Positions 30,585 through 42,393 are shown, counted from the stretch's first letter. The stretch: DNA of 64,000 bases from Leptolyngbyaceae cyanobacterium (GCA_050331235.1 JBHJHA010000017.1:32001-96000), one strand, 5' to 3'. The notes: generated from the sequence alone by a model not told the origin. Numbers and translations: made by a program.

Positions 30585-31304
30585 TTATCGGTCTCCTTCT
30601 TCTAAAGGCAGTTTGGCGAGCCCTCGATTATTGCCGATGACCACCATGACCGCTCCCTTTTTTAGCTGGGTCACGGGGCTGGGGTTAACTTCAAATTTTT
30701 CGTTATTGTCTGGCTGCGAGAGGGCCAGCAGGGTGACGCCATACTTATTGCGTAAATCTAGGTCGGCGATCGTGCGCTGATCAAAGTTAGCGGGAACGCG
30801 CAACTCGACAATGCTGTTATCAGGGTCCAACTCAAATCGGTCGAGGATGCCTGGACGGGTAATTGCCCGGGCTAGGTTACAGCCCATCTCATGTTCTGGA
30901 AAGACGACTTGATCAGCGCCTACACGCTGTAGCAGCTTGCCATGAATCTCACTTGAGGCCTTCGCAACCACATATTGGACTCCGAGTTCTTTGACATTGA
31001 GCGTGGTAATGACACTCTCTTCCACATAGTTGCCAATGGCGACAATGACTGTATCAAAATCCGGAATACCCGCTTCTTCTAGGGCTAAGCGCTGGGTTGA
31101 ATCAAGCTGTACGGTGTGGGCTGCAATTTCATCCTTGAGTGCTTGGGTCACGCTCTGTTCATTTTTGTCTACGCCGAGCACTTCATAGCCGAGGTTGTTG
31201 AGCGTCATACACACTGCTCGGCCAAACCGCCCTAACCCAATCACGGCGAACTGACGGTTTTTGTTGCGCAAGCTTCGAAAAAAGCCTAGGGAAGACAAAT
31301 TCAC
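30585..31304 (-). CDS. ktrA: TrkA/KtrA family potassium uptake regulatory (RCK) subunit
   Basis: FAVIGLGRFG Rossmann motif, VVFPEHEMG and a TrkA_C domain. Confidence 0.9.
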   Translation of the reverse strand: MNLSSLGFFRSLRNKNRQFAVIGLGRFGRAVCMTLNNLGYEVLGVDKNEQSVTQALKDEIAAHTVQLDSTQRLALEEAGIPDFDTVIVAIGNYVEESVITTLNVKELGVQYVVAKASSEIHGKLLQRVGADQVVFPEHEMGCNLARAITRPGILDRFELDPDNSIVELRVPANFDQRTIADLDLRNKYGVTLLALSQPDNNEKFEVNPSPVTQLKKGAVMVVIGNNRGLAKLPLEEGDR

Positions 31305-31640
31305 TGGGGACGCTCCTTTCCAGCCATAGGTGTAAAATTCGCGATCGGGTCACGACGAACTGTCTTCATCAGTCTACCGATGTCAGGGACGATGCTCACC
31401 TTGGATCGCCGTCGTTGCCCAGAGAGGCAAGCGGTGGTACGGCAAGTTCGCTCACGCCCCGATATGGCACGCAATTTAGTCGCCGTGGGCCAATCGGCAG
31501 CCGCGATCGCCACCAACTGGTAAAGAGTCTGGGCGATTGCCGATCTGACCCCAAATGTGCTCAACGCTTTTGTCCTAGAGGAGGCTGTCTCAAGTCTTGC
31601 CTAACCCCCCGTTAATGCAACAAAATGTTAGCCTGTCTGA

Positions 31641-32828
31641 ATGACTTCTGGGATGGAGAGAGCCGTGGAGATTCAATTAGGTCGAGGAAAAACCGTTCGT
31701 CGAGCGTATGGTTTTGATGAAATTGCCCTAGCGCCGGGTAATCGTACGCTAGATCCGCAGCTTGCAGACACCCGTTGGGAAATCGGTGGCATTGAGCGAG
31801 AGATTCCGATTATTGCTAGCGCGATGGATGGTGTAGTCGATGTCAATATTGCGGCTCAGATTTCCCAGCTGGGAGCCCTCGGAGTCTTAAACTTGGAAGG
31901 CATTCAGACCCGCTATGATGATCCTGACCCCTTTCTCGATAAAATTGCGGCGGTGGGCAAAGCAGATTTTGTCACTCTGATGCAAAAGCTGTACGCTGCA
32001 CCCATCCTGCCTGAGTTAATTCGCCAGCGGATTGCGGACATTAAGGCTAAGGGAGGCATCGCGGCGGTGAGTTTGACCCCGGCTGGGGCTGCCAAGTATG
32101 GCCAAGTCGTTGCCGATGCCGGTGCGGATCTGATGTTCGTTCAAGCGACCGTGGTTTCCACTGCTCATCTCTCACCCGAATCAATTACACCCTTAGACCT
32201 GGCTCAGTTTTGCAATGATATGCCAATGCCTGTCATCTTGGGGAACTGCGTGACCTATGAAGTTTCGCTGAATCTCATGAAAGCAGGTGCCGCCGCTATT
32301 CTCGTCGGCATTGGCCCGGGTGCTGCCTGCACCTCCCGGGGGGTGTTGGGAGTAGGGGTACCTCAGGCCACAGCGGTAGCAGACTGTGCGGCGGCTCGCG
32401 ATGACTTTCAGCGGGAGACTGGTAAATATATTCCGGTCATCGCCGACGGTGGCATTGTCACCGGGGGAGACATTTGTAAATGTATCGCTGTGGGTGCGGA
32501 TGCCGTGATGATTGGCTCGCCGATTGCACGGGCGCAGGAAGCTCCTGGTCGGGGTTACCATTGGGGCATGGCAACGCCTAGTCCCGTTTTGCCCCGCGGC
32601 ACCCGCATCAATGTTGGCAGTACGGGAACCCTGGAGCAAATCTTGAGAGGTCCAGCTCAGCTCGATGATGGAACGCATAACCTGCTGGGTGCCCTACAAA
32701 CGAGTATGGGTACGCTGGGAGCCAAAAATATTCAGGAGATGCAGCAAGTTGAGGTGGTTGTAGCGCCTTCTCTGCTGACCGAAGGCAAGGTTTATCAAAA
32801 GGCTCAACAGTTAGGGATGGGGAAATAA
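31641..32828 (+). CDS. guaB: GuaB3 family IMP dehydrogenase-related protein
   Basis: RRAYGFDEIAL, ASAMDGV, GIGPGAACTSR, IADGG and WGMA. Start may be the GTG of VEIQLG. Confidence 0.93.
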   Translation: MTSGMERAVEIQLGRGKTVRRAYGFDEIALAPGNRTLDPQLADTRWEIGGIEREIPIIASAMDGVVDVNIAAQISQLGALGVLNLEGIQTRYDDPDPFLDKIAAVGKADFVTLMQKLYAAPILPELIRQRIADIKAKGGIAAVSLTPAGAAKYGQVVADAGADLMFVQATVVSTAHLSPESITPLDLAQFCNDMPMPVILGNCVTYEVSLNLMKAGAAAILVGIGPGAACTSRGVLGVGVPQATAVADCAAARDDFQRETGKYIPVIADGGIVTGGDICKCIAVGADAVMIGSPIARAQEAPGRGYHWGMATPSPVLPRGTRINVGSTGTLEQILRGPAQLDDGTHNLLGALQTSMGTLGAKNIQEMQQVEVVVAPSLLTEGKVYQKAQQLGMGK

Positions 32829-32926
32829 CAGCGATCGCCGCTAGAGGAGTCTATGGACTCAGCTAATGCGAGTGAACCCCAGTTGACTCGAGGCTTCGAC
32901 AGGGCATTGCGATTGCTGAGAACTGC

Positions 32927-32950
32927 GTATGACCAACTCATTGGTCATAC
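32927..32950. terminator. Perfect 10-bp inverted repeat downstream of guaB3
   Basis: GTATGACCAA-CTCA-TTGGTCATAC; terminator or operator. Confidence 0.5.
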
Positions 32951-33030
32951 CTCTACGTGACTTTTATTTCAAAGCAAAGAAACATTAACTTTGGCAAGGT
33001 TGGTAGTGGCGGAATTGCAACTGGCACACG

Positions 33031-33036
33031 TACAAT
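33031..33036 (+). promoter_or_regulatory. -10 element of yfr1
   Basis: TACAAT about 7 nt upstream of the Yfr1 5' hairpin. Confidence 0.6.
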
Positions 33037-33043
33037 AAGGTGT

Positions 33044-33112
33044 ATCGGAGACGAAAGTTTCCGTTCACTCCTCACACCACACTCCGCTCAGGCTTCGGCC
33101 TGGGCGGTTCCT
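33044..33112 (+). ncRNA. yfr1: Yfr1 cyanobacterial sRNA
   Basis: 5' hairpin CGGAGAC-GAAA-GTTTCCG, conserved ACTCCTCACAC (33067-33077), 3' hairpin CCGCTCAGGC-TTCG-GCCTGGGCGG; located downstream of guaB. Confidence 0.93.
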
Positions 33113-33387
33113 CATTTTAAGGCTATGCCTCACGGCTGAACCACTGCCACCCTTGCCGGCAAAGCGGCCATCACCCGGTTGCCGGCGCAACGCTGCCAAG
33201 AAATCTCCGATGCGGAGCAATCAGCTTGAGCCCCCTGAAAATGGGCCTGACGCCGTCTGGCTAGTGATCGCCAAATGCCTGTTGATCCTTGTGAAACCAG
33301 GTGCCAAACTTTTCCGCTCCGTTCTCCTGTCCCTGGGTCTGTGCAAGAGAATGGGTGGGCTCACACTAGCTGTCGGTATCAAGGAGT

Positions 33388-34011
33388 TCACACATTGGCC
33401 GGACTACATCGGGTCGCTATAGATGGGTGGAACTCGATGTAGGGAAAGGGCTGACTCAGCGTTTCGCACTCCAAAAAGGGGCATAGTTTGTCCCAGCCTT
33501 CCCCGGCACAAATATTAATGATTAATAACTTCTGGGGATGTGCCTGAAAATATCTGAGCACATCGCTACAGTGCTGCCGATAGATTGCCAGCATGTGATC
33601 TGGATGAAAATCATAGCGGCCAAATACCGCTATTTTGAGTAACCTTGTCGCTTCTAAGGTTAGTGACCAATTGGCTGGATGATCTGCGGTTTGATATTGG
33701 TGCTCTGCATACTCCCAATGTTGCTCCAGCGATCGCAGCCAGTCTTCGGGATGGCGAATCGTCAGAATAAATTTGCTCTGAGGAAATAGCTGATCAAGCT
33801 GAGGATAAAAGGGCACAACGGTCAGATCAGTAATGCCATCATATTGATACAGCAGATGAAAATTTGCGTTGAGCGATCGCACATTTTGAACTGTCGCTGC
33901 ATCCGTTGGGTAATGAATAATATTCAATCCCAGCATGTTTAAGGCTGCCGTCAGGCTTTTGGTACCCGTTCGACTCAACCCAATACCGAAGACTTTATAA
34001 CTGTTTTTCAC
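33388..34011 (-). CDS. Sulfotransferase family protein (Sulfotransfer_4-like)
   Basis: 5'-PSB-like KVFGIGLSRTGTKSL, 3'-PB-like LTIRHPEDWLRS, and C-terminal EGWDKLCPFL...PFP. Confidence 0.85.
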   Translation of the reverse strand: MKNSYKVFGIGLSRTGTKSLTAALNMLGLNIIHYPTDAATVQNVRSLNANFHLLYQYDGITDLTVVPFYPQLDQLFPQSKFILTIRHPEDWLRSLEQHWEYAEHQYQTADHPANWSLTLEATRLLKIAVFGRYDFHPDHMLAIYRQHCSDVLRYFQAHPQKLLIINICAGEGWDKLCPFLECETLSQPFPYIEFHPSIATRCSPANV

Positions 34012-34173
34012 AGGGTCACAATATCCTTACCTAGCTCAGCTATTCATAGCCTGATGAGGTGCTTTGACTGACTGACTTCATGCCTAAAACTTTTCTAAAC
34101 CTGGTAAAAGCTGCCGATACTCTTGGTGCCTGAGCCGTTGGGGCATAGCTCAACCAATCAGCCTGGCATCCGT

Positions 34174-35166
34174 CTAAAGATGACCGTTAATCATCCAGGT
34201 AGTCAACGGTTGACCACCGAACTTGCTGAGGGTGTGGCGATTTTGATAAGCCAGTCGATTGATATTAACCAGTAAATCTGGGCGCAAATAATATTTCCAA
34301 CGGCAACGCTGAACAAAAGGTTTGATAGTGGGATAACTCTGGATCAGCGATCGCACCAACTGTTTTAAGTAAGGCTGGTCGTAGACTGGAGGATGAGGCC
34401 AAGTATGGTGCAGAAAATAGGGCAAATTGTTTGCCTCGAGTGGTTTATATCTAACCCAGTAATTGTATCTGGCATCTAATAAATCATATTGATACTGCAG
34501 CTTTGTAATAGCGACGGCGAGGCTTACCTGCTCTCGAAAATATAAGTTGTTACTCATCGCCCCGGAGCGATCAATTTTCTCGAAACAGTCTAACCACATA
34601 GCTGTTAGATCTGAGGCCAAATGAGTGTCTATTGCAATGAAGCCAGAATTAAAGTAGGGCGGCTGCAATTCATCAGAGAATAGCGTTTTGATGCGAGTAG
34701 AGGGGACCTCTGCTGAAACTGCTTGATAAATTTCTTCCCAGTTCCTACCGGTTGCCCGAAAAGTCGGAGCTGCGCTGACGGGACATTTAAACTGTCCTTC
34801 TGGATCGAAATCCCGTAGGCATAGAAGGTCAGAATCTAGAAAAATTAATTTATTCATTTGCGTAGGAATTTGCAAAGAATAAATCTTATTGGTGAGCGGA
34901 TTACCTTTAATGTCGCGAGGGCGAGGGTTTTTAAAGTACTCAATTCTGACACCCATTTGCTTAAAGGTAGCTAGCGTCTCTGGTGCGAGTTGACCCCATT
35001 TTTCTGCCGGTAAAGGCACCGCGGCAATTAGCTCATATTGCCCCTTAAGAAAGCGCTTGAGAGAAGCTGCTAATAACAGCGACAAGCCTTCAAGGTCACC
35101 TTGTTGACATACAAAGACAAACGCATAGCCGAGCGAATTGTCTGGCTGGTTATCCGTGTGGAACAT
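34174..35166 (-). CDS. GT-A fold glycosyltransferase (GT8-like)
   Basis: NKIY, FLDSD (DxD), YFNSGFIAI, EQVSL, YNY and LHH. Confidence 0.7.
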   Translation of the reverse strand: MFHTDNQPDNSLGYAFVFVCQQGDLEGLSLLLAASLKRFLKGQYELIAAVPLPAEKWGQLAPETLATFKQMGVRIEYFKNPRPRDIKGNPLTNKIYSLQIPTQMNKLIFLDSDLLCLRDFDPEGQFKCPVSAAPTFRATGRNWEEIYQAVSAEVPSTRIKTLFSDELQPPYFNSGFIAIDTHLASDLTAMWLDCFEKIDRSGAMSNNLYFREQVSLAVAITKLQYQYDLLDARYNYWVRYKPLEANNLPYFLHHTWPHPPVYDQPYLKQLVRSLIQSYPTIKPFVQRCRWKYYLRPDLLVNINRLAYQNRHTLSKFGGQPLTTWMINGHL

Positions 35167-35379
35167 GGCTCATTCCTGTAAAAAGGCAATGGAAAGATGA
35201 ATCTCGGCCATGTGTAGCTAACTCCCCGTATTTCTATAACGACATCCCTTAGAGGCAAGGCTCAACAAGTCATACTGACTAACGCAATCTAAACTGTGAA
35301 AGTTCGAAACCTCATGGTTCAATTTTATTCTAAAAGTGAACTGTCAAGGCATGTTCTAGAGAGCGCCATCTAGCCATGA

Positions 35380-36000
35380 TTAAACGTCAACTAAGCGATT
35401 TTTTTTGGTATCAACCGGTTTGGGGTCAGGATAAAAATCAGTTCGTTTATTGGTATGGGGAAAAGGCTGATCTGGAATCGGGAGTTCGAGAAAAGGACAT
35501 AGTTTTTCCCATCCATCGCCCGCAGTAATATCCATCTCCAATAGATCACCTAGTCTATCTTTGAAATAACGACGGACGTCGGCATGATAACGATGATAAG
35601 CATCGATAAACTTTTGTCGATCAAATGTCACTGTTTCATACAGCATCATTCGACGGAGGATGGCAATATCTCGATCAACTGATGGGTATTTTGTATAGAT
35701 AAACTCTGCTGAGTCTAGCCAATCTTGTAAATTGCGAGTACATAAAACGAACTTTGAATTTGGGTGCTTGTAATCCAGGTATTTATAGTAGATGACACAC
35801 CCCGCATCGGAAGCCGCATCCAAATCCTGTAGATGCTCTAGACGTGGATTGTGCTTGACTTTCCCATAACCTAGAAGCTTTACGGCTTGACAAAAAGTTG
35901 AAGTTCCTGTGCGAGGTAGGCCAATGTCCCAAACTTTGAACTTAGGTTTGCTATGGAGACCGATCTGGGCATCTTGGCTTAAGTTGGTGAATGTCATCAT
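35380..36000 (-). CDS. Sulfotransferase family protein (Sulfotransfer_4-like)
   Basis: KVWDIGLPRTGTSTF, FVLCTRNLQDWLDS and DGWEKLCPFL...PFPHTN; likely ATG at 36000. Confidence 0.85.
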   Translation of the reverse strand: MMTFTNLSQDAQIGLHSKPKFKVWDIGLPRTGTSTFCQAVKLLGYGKVKHNPRLEHLQDLDAASDAGCVIYYKYLDYKHPNSKFVLCTRNLQDWLDSAEFIYTKYPSVDRDIAILRRMMLYETVTFDRQKFIDAYHRYHADVRRYFKDRLGDLLEMDITAGDGWEKLCPFLELPIPDQPFPHTNKRTDFYPDPKPVDTKKNRLVDV

Positions 36001-36459
36001 GATGTCAACTGCTAACTTTGCTGCTGTAGACGATCTAATATTCCCATTTTTTATAGGGGCTATCAAGATGCGTTTGAGCAATTGAAACTGGGTGATTATA
36101 TCAGGATAGAGGGGAGGCGGTGCTGGCTGGTGATGACTGGCGTTTTCATCTAAGCTGTACTGAAGATTGCAGATATCTAGTGATTTGAGTTGATTTACAA
36201 AGGGGCAAATCGGCAGATTTTTCTTGTAAGCTGCATCCCTAAGATTAGACTTTCCGCGGTTTGTGGGGGATGCTATGTTTTGAAGGTTAAGTCTGTTTTT
36301 CTTGGAATACTTAAATGGTTGAAGTATTTTAGGAAGTTTAGCTTTAACTTTTTCGGGAAAATCAGGATGAAATTTTATGGATTAAACCCTGATTTATGTT
36401 TTCTGTATTGAATTGGCAGGGTTAGCGATCGCCCTTACACCAAAGCTCAGTGACCACCT

Positions 36460-38283
36460 ATGGCCTCTCCCGCTTCAGATTCCTTAAAGCGTCGCTTTTG
36501 GGTGACCTTATCAACCACGCCCAAGCTGCTGAAGTTGGTTTGGCAAGCTGCACCACGATGGTTGCTGCTATCGCTGGGCGCAACGGTAACCGCTGCGTTG
36601 TTGCCAGTTGCCTGGCTTTACATTAACAAGCTGATTATTGACGGATTAGCCGCGAGCTTAAGCATTGGCTCACCAGCTTGGCAGCGACTGGCGCTGTTAG
36701 TGACGCTACGATTTGCCCTAGCGATGTTGAAATCTGGGTTGGAAAATATACGTCCCTACATTTCGCTGGTGATTAGCGATCGCTTTTCGCTCTTTGCCAA
36801 TCAGCAATTGCTGCAGCAAGCAATTCGGCTCGATCTTGAGCACTATGAATCGTCACAGTTTCATGAGTCCCTGAGCCGCGCGATGCAGAGTGGTAGTAGC
36901 TATCCGGTCAGGGCTTTCAATAATTTCACGATGATTTTAGGACAGTCCATCAACCTGTTGGGCGTTGTCGGACTGCTAGCGCAGTTCAACCCAATCATGG
37001 TGGGTCTATTATTTCTCACCTCTTTGCCGCCCTTGCGAATTGGCGTGACCTACTCGAATAAGGGTTTTTCGCTGATGCGTAAGCAAACGCTCAACAACCG
37101 GGTGGCTGCTTACTTTCAAGGCTTGCTGACGCAGCAACCCATGGCTAAAGAGGTCCGGCTGTATGGGCTGGGTCCCTATCTCATGCAGCAGTGGTATCGC
37201 ATTAGTCAGGAGCATCATCAAAAGATGAATCGACTCATGCTGAGGCGAACGACGGCACGATTTGTGGTGGGGTTGATTCCAAGTCTGGGGTTTTATGCAG
37301 GCTATATTTGGGTCTTGATTCAAACTGTGACCCGGCAAATTACCTTAGGTGATTTCACCATGTATGCGGGGGCGTTTTCCCAATCCCAAAGCCTATTGAC
37401 CAACTTGGTGGAGAATATTTCGACGGCCTACGAGGCAAACCTGTACGTCAGTCAGTATCTGGACTTTTTGCAGCTGCAACCCAAAATTACGAGTCCGGCT
37501 CAGCCTACGGCTTTTCCTGCGGTTTTGGGGGAAGGCATTTGTTTTGAGCGGGTGAGTTTTACCTATCCTCAGGCGTCGCGGTCAACGTTACGTGATATCG
37601 ACCTCACCATTTACCCGGGGGAGAGTATGGCCTTGGTGGGGGTCAATGGGGTCGGCAAAACGACGTTGGTAAAGTTGCTGACGCGCCTATATAGTCCTAG
37701 CGCTGGCCGCATCACGATTGATGGCTATCCATTAGAAGCCTTTGACTTGAACGAACTGCGGCAGAAAATTGCTGTTTTGTTTCAAGATTTTGCCCATTAC
37801 AAACTCAGCGTTGCGGAAAATATTGGCCTTGGGGATGTGGCCGCGATCGCCGATCGCGATCGCATCGTGCAGGCGGCCAAGGCGGCTGGTGCCGATGCTT
37901 GGATTCGACAATTACCGGAGGGTTACGACACCAAGCTGGGCAATCTCTTTCCCCACGGTCAAGAATTATCCGGGGGGCAATGGCAAAAGCTGGGGTTGGC
38001 CAGGGCGTTTATGAGTCGAGCGCCGATTTTGATTTTGGATGAGCCCACCGCGGCGATGGATGCGATCGCAGAAATGGAGCTGTTCCAGCGATTTCGGGAG
38101 CTGACCCAGGAACGCACGACTATTTTCACGAGCCATCGCTTTTCGTCTGTGCGGCAGGCCGATCGCGTCATGGTGTTGGACCAGGGGCGAGTCACTGAAT
38201 TGGGCAGCCACGACGAACTGATGCAGCAAGATGGACTGTATGCCCAGATGTTTCGTTTGCAGGCGGAGGGCTATCAGATCTAG
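36460..38283 (+). CDS. ABC exporter, fused TMD and NBD
   Basis: About 6 TMs, Walker A GVNGVGKTT, signature LSGGQWQK, Walker B ILILDEPT and SHR. Confidence 0.95.
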   Translation: MASPASDSLKRRFWVTLSTTPKLLKLVWQAAPRWLLLSLGATVTAALLPVAWLYINKLIIDGLAASLSIGSPAWQRLALLVTLRFALAMLKSGLENIRPYISLVISDRFSLFANQQLLQQAIRLDLEHYESSQFHESLSRAMQSGSSYPVRAFNNFTMILGQSINLLGVVGLLAQFNPIMVGLLFLTSLPPLRIGVTYSNKGFSLMRKQTLNNRVAAYFQGLLTQQPMAKEVRLYGLGPYLMQQWYRISQEHHQKMNRLMLRRTTARFVVGLIPSLGFYAGYIWVLIQTVTRQITLGDFTMYAGAFSQSQSLLTNLVENISTAYEANLYVSQYLDFLQLQPKITSPAQPTAFPAVLGEGICFERVSFTYPQASRSTLRDIDLTIYPGESMALVGVNGVGKTTLVKLLTRLYSPSAGRITIDGYPLEAFDLNELRQKIAVLFQDFAHYKLSVAENIGLGDVAAIADRDRIVQAAKAAGADAWIRQLPEGYDTKLGNLFPHGQELSGGQWQKLGLARAFMSRAPILILDEPTAAMDAIAEMELFQRFRELTQERTTIFTSHRFSSVRQADRVMVLDQGRVTELGSHDELMQQDGLYAQMFRLQAEGYQI

Positions 38284-38775
38284 TCGCTGTGTTTGCCGGG
38301 GGGCTCCCTGGTTATCGTAAGACTGGGGAGCAGCTGCAGTTTGCCGCAGGACTTCTCGCACCAGCGCTACGTCAGGCATAGTCCCAATGTTCTGTAATCG
38401 CGCTACAGATTTGAAGATCCCCCGCTGTCGCTGCTCCGTTGAAAAAGGGGGGTGAAGAATCTATGGGTAATCGTGATTCGCAGAAATGGTATGGAACATC
38501 GCAAGGATGAGTATGAGCTAGGAACGGCGATGACGGTTTGAGAGAGGCGATTTGACTGAGACCCCAAGGCAGCTTGTTGCCACGTCATGCTTACCCAAAA
38601 TTGCCACAGTCGTCTGCCGCCGCGCTTCGTAATGGTGTCGCTGACCCATTGCCCAGATGTAGCCCCCTGGGCGAGGTAGGCTATCCGGAGCTCGGTCATC
38701 ACTCAGCGTCCCCCATTCGGCAAGCAATGACCTACTCTAAAGAAGAGTGCTGATGATAAGGGCAGAAGTACAGTC

Positions 38776-39474
38776 ATGGGCGTGTTTGGACGATTGACTC
38801 GGGTCATTCGCTCTCAGGTGAATGATTGGATACAAGGGGCCGAAGACCCAGAAAAGATCCTGGATCAGACCGTTGTGCAAATGCAGCAAGATTTAATCCA
38901 GCTGCGGCAGTCTGTCGCCCAAGCGATCGCCACCCAAAAGCGTACAGAGCGACAATCTCACCAAACGGCAACCTTGACCCGAGAGTGGTATAACCGAGCC
39001 CAACTCGCACTGCATAAAGGTCACGAAGATCAAGCGCGGGAAGCCCTGGCCCAGCGCCATACCTATTTACGGATGCAAGCCCAACTGCAAGGGCACATTG
39101 ATGAACAACAGCGGGTCATCAAGCAGCTTAAGGCCAACATGCGTGAGCTGGAAGTCAAAATTACCGATGTCCGTACCCGCCGCGATCTGTACATTGCCCG
39201 GGCGCGCTCAGCCGAAGCCTCGCAGCGCATTCAAGAGATGATCGGTCAGGTCGGCCAGGGGCGATCGCCGGGGCTGCTCAATCAGATGGAAGACAAAGTA
39301 TTAGACTTAGAAGCTCAGGCAAGTGCCGTAACTGAGTTGAATCAGGTTTTAGCCTCCCAGTCCCTCGAAGGCCAGTTCCAAGCCCTAGAACAAACGGAAG
39401 CTGCAGCCATCGAGCAAGAACTCTCTCGGATGAAGTCTCGATCAAGCGGGGACGGAGCCGAGGAGTGGGCTTAG
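38776..39474 (+). CDS. pspA: PspA/IM30 family protein
   Basis: MGVFGRLTRVIRS, AEDPEKILDQ and coiled coil; lacks the long C-terminal extension typical of Vipp1. Confidence 0.88.
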   Translation: MGVFGRLTRVIRSQVNDWIQGAEDPEKILDQTVVQMQQDLIQLRQSVAQAIATQKRTERQSHQTATLTREWYNRAQLALHKGHEDQAREALAQRHTYLRMQAQLQGHIDEQQRVIKQLKANMRELEVKITDVRTRRDLYIARARSAEASQRIQEMIGQVGQGRSPGLLNQMEDKVLDLEAQASAVTELNQVLASQSLEGQFQALEQTEAAAIEQELSRMKSRSSGDGAEEWA

Positions 39475-39746
39475 TTTTATCCCCGGTGCTGTCTATCGCG
39501 ACCATTAAATCAGTGAGCGTAATCCCTCTCAGGGTTTTCCCTTAGAACCTAACAATTCTTGCTATACTAGATCAATACTGCTGCTCCGTCTCAGGATTGG
39601 ACTCTCGATGCACTGTGCCGACATCGGACATGACCGGGATAAGCAGTCGGTAACAGGGTGTTTTTTGTTGTTAGGTTACGGTTGAGCGGTTGCAAACGAA
39701 TACTTGCGACTGCTTTTTGCTAATCTTTTTGCTGCAGGTTGCAACT

Positions 39747-40352
39747 ATGGGTGGTGACTCTTTGACTGCTCATCACAAGCTCTATATCAACGTCATGGAA
39801 ATGTTGGTGGCCGAAGAGGTCAGTCGCCAACTGGCAAAACTGCCAGAGCGCGTTTCCAAATACGTTAAACGAACGGAAGTTGAGACGTTTGCGCTGAATC
39901 GTCTGCCTGCGCTCTATGCTTCGAGCGAAAAAGGCCTTCAGCATCAATATGAGCGGGCTCAGCATGAGCACCAGACTCAAATTACCAGTGCGGTGCGCCA
40001 GGCGTTTGCCGCTGTTCAGATTGATCCGATCCGACTATCTCAACCGCTCAAGCTCAATCAAGAAGAAGCAGCGGTGTTAGAGGCGTTGCGTGACCTGCTC
40101 CATGAGCCAGAGCTGACTTGGAAGGCAGCCCTTAAGGAAATTAAGCGATTGCAGCATCGGCGTCAAGCCCGCCAAGGAACACCACCCCCCCCTAAAAACC
40201 CCCGTACGGCTGCCCCCTCGCCCCAGGAAGTGACTCACGATACGGGCTCTCGTCACAGTACGGCTTGGCGACCGGGTACCTACGGCAGCCGCATCAGTTG
40301 GAAGCCCCACGGCCCCGCTTCTGACAGCGGCTTTGGCGATAACGCCCTTTAG
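39747..40352 (+). CDS. ComFB family protein
   Basis: NVMEMLVAEEV...ALNRLPALYASS ComFB signature plus a basic, Pro-rich tail. Confidence 0.85.
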   Translation: MGGDSLTAHHKLYINVMEMLVAEEVSRQLAKLPERVSKYVKRTEVETFALNRLPALYASSEKGLQHQYERAQHEHQTQITSAVRQAFAAVQIDPIRLSQPLKLNQEEAAVLEALRDLLHEPELTWKAALKEIKRLQHRRQARQGTPPPPKNPRTAAPSPQEVTHDTGSRHSTAWRPGTYGSRISWKPHGPASDSGFGDNAL

Positions 40353-40370
40353 TAAGGGCAGTTGGTTGAA

Positions 40371-40913
40371 TTACTCAGAAAAGCCGTCAATGGTTGGGGT
40401 CTGATCTGGTTTGACCTCCAGTAACAGCTCCATGAACTTTAGTTCGAGCCAGCGATCGAACTTATAGCCCACCTGGTGAAAGTGGGCTACTTCTTGAAAA
40501 CCAAATTGCTCATGCATTCTCAGGCTGACGATGTTATCAGCGTCGATGCCTGCAACGATCGCATGGAGATTCCTCGCTTCAGCGGTTTCGATCAGCTGCT
40601 TGAGTAGTTGCTTGCCAATGCCACGACCCCGCTGCTGAGGAGTCACGTAGAGTGAGTTTTCAACGGTGTAACGATAGGCTTCCCAAGCGCGAAAGGGGCC
40701 GAGGGAGGCAAATCCTGAGACCTGATTTTCTGTGATCGCCACGATGACGGGCCATCCAGCCTGCTGCTTTTGTTGCCACCAAGCGCGACGCATCGCCAGG
40801 GTGTGCGGTGTGTAGTCATAAACGGCGGTGGTATGAAGAATCGCGTCGTTGTAAATGGCCAAAATTGCTGGTAGGTCGGCCTCCACAGCAGCCCGAATCG
40901 TCACCGCAGACAT
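40371..40913 (-). CDS. GNAT N-acetyltransferase (phosphinothricin/methionine-sulfoximine acetyltransferase-like)
   Basis: AILAIYNDAI, YRYTVENSLYV, RGRGIG and GYKFDRW. Confidence 0.9.
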   Translation of the reverse strand: MSAVTIRAAVEADLPAILAIYNDAILHTTAVYDYTPHTLAMRRAWWQQKQQAGWPVIVAITENQVSGFASLGPFRAWEAYRYTVENSLYVTPQQRGRGIGKQLLKQLIETAEARNLHAIVAGIDADNIVSLRMHEQFGFQEVAHFHQVGYKFDRWLELKFMELLLEVKPDQTPTIDGFSE

Positions 40914-40922
40914 GGCAACCCG

Positions 40923-42142
<1,220 letters not shown>

Positions 42143-42393
42143 CGCGAATCTCCCGACGATTTGGTGCGTTCAAATTGCTACTACTTTAGCGAAAATAAAA
42201 CGGACGCTAATAATAATCTGATGAGCCCATACTAAAGCTTTAGCTGACTGAGAAGGTCGAGGGAACTTTAGCGTCTCGTTTGGGTGTCCCATTAACTGAT
42301 GGGTCAAACAGTCAGTGCTTAAACAGACTAGAGTATAGGTCCATCGCGATCGCCTCGCTTTGCGTAACATCAATGCCCGCATTTGAATCAGCT

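Noticed and set aside
36190..36411. 73-aa ORF as a RiPP precursor for the ABC exporter
   Set aside because: TTG start, no RBS or leader motif, and the exporter has no C39 peptidase domain; more likely AT-rich promoter DNA.
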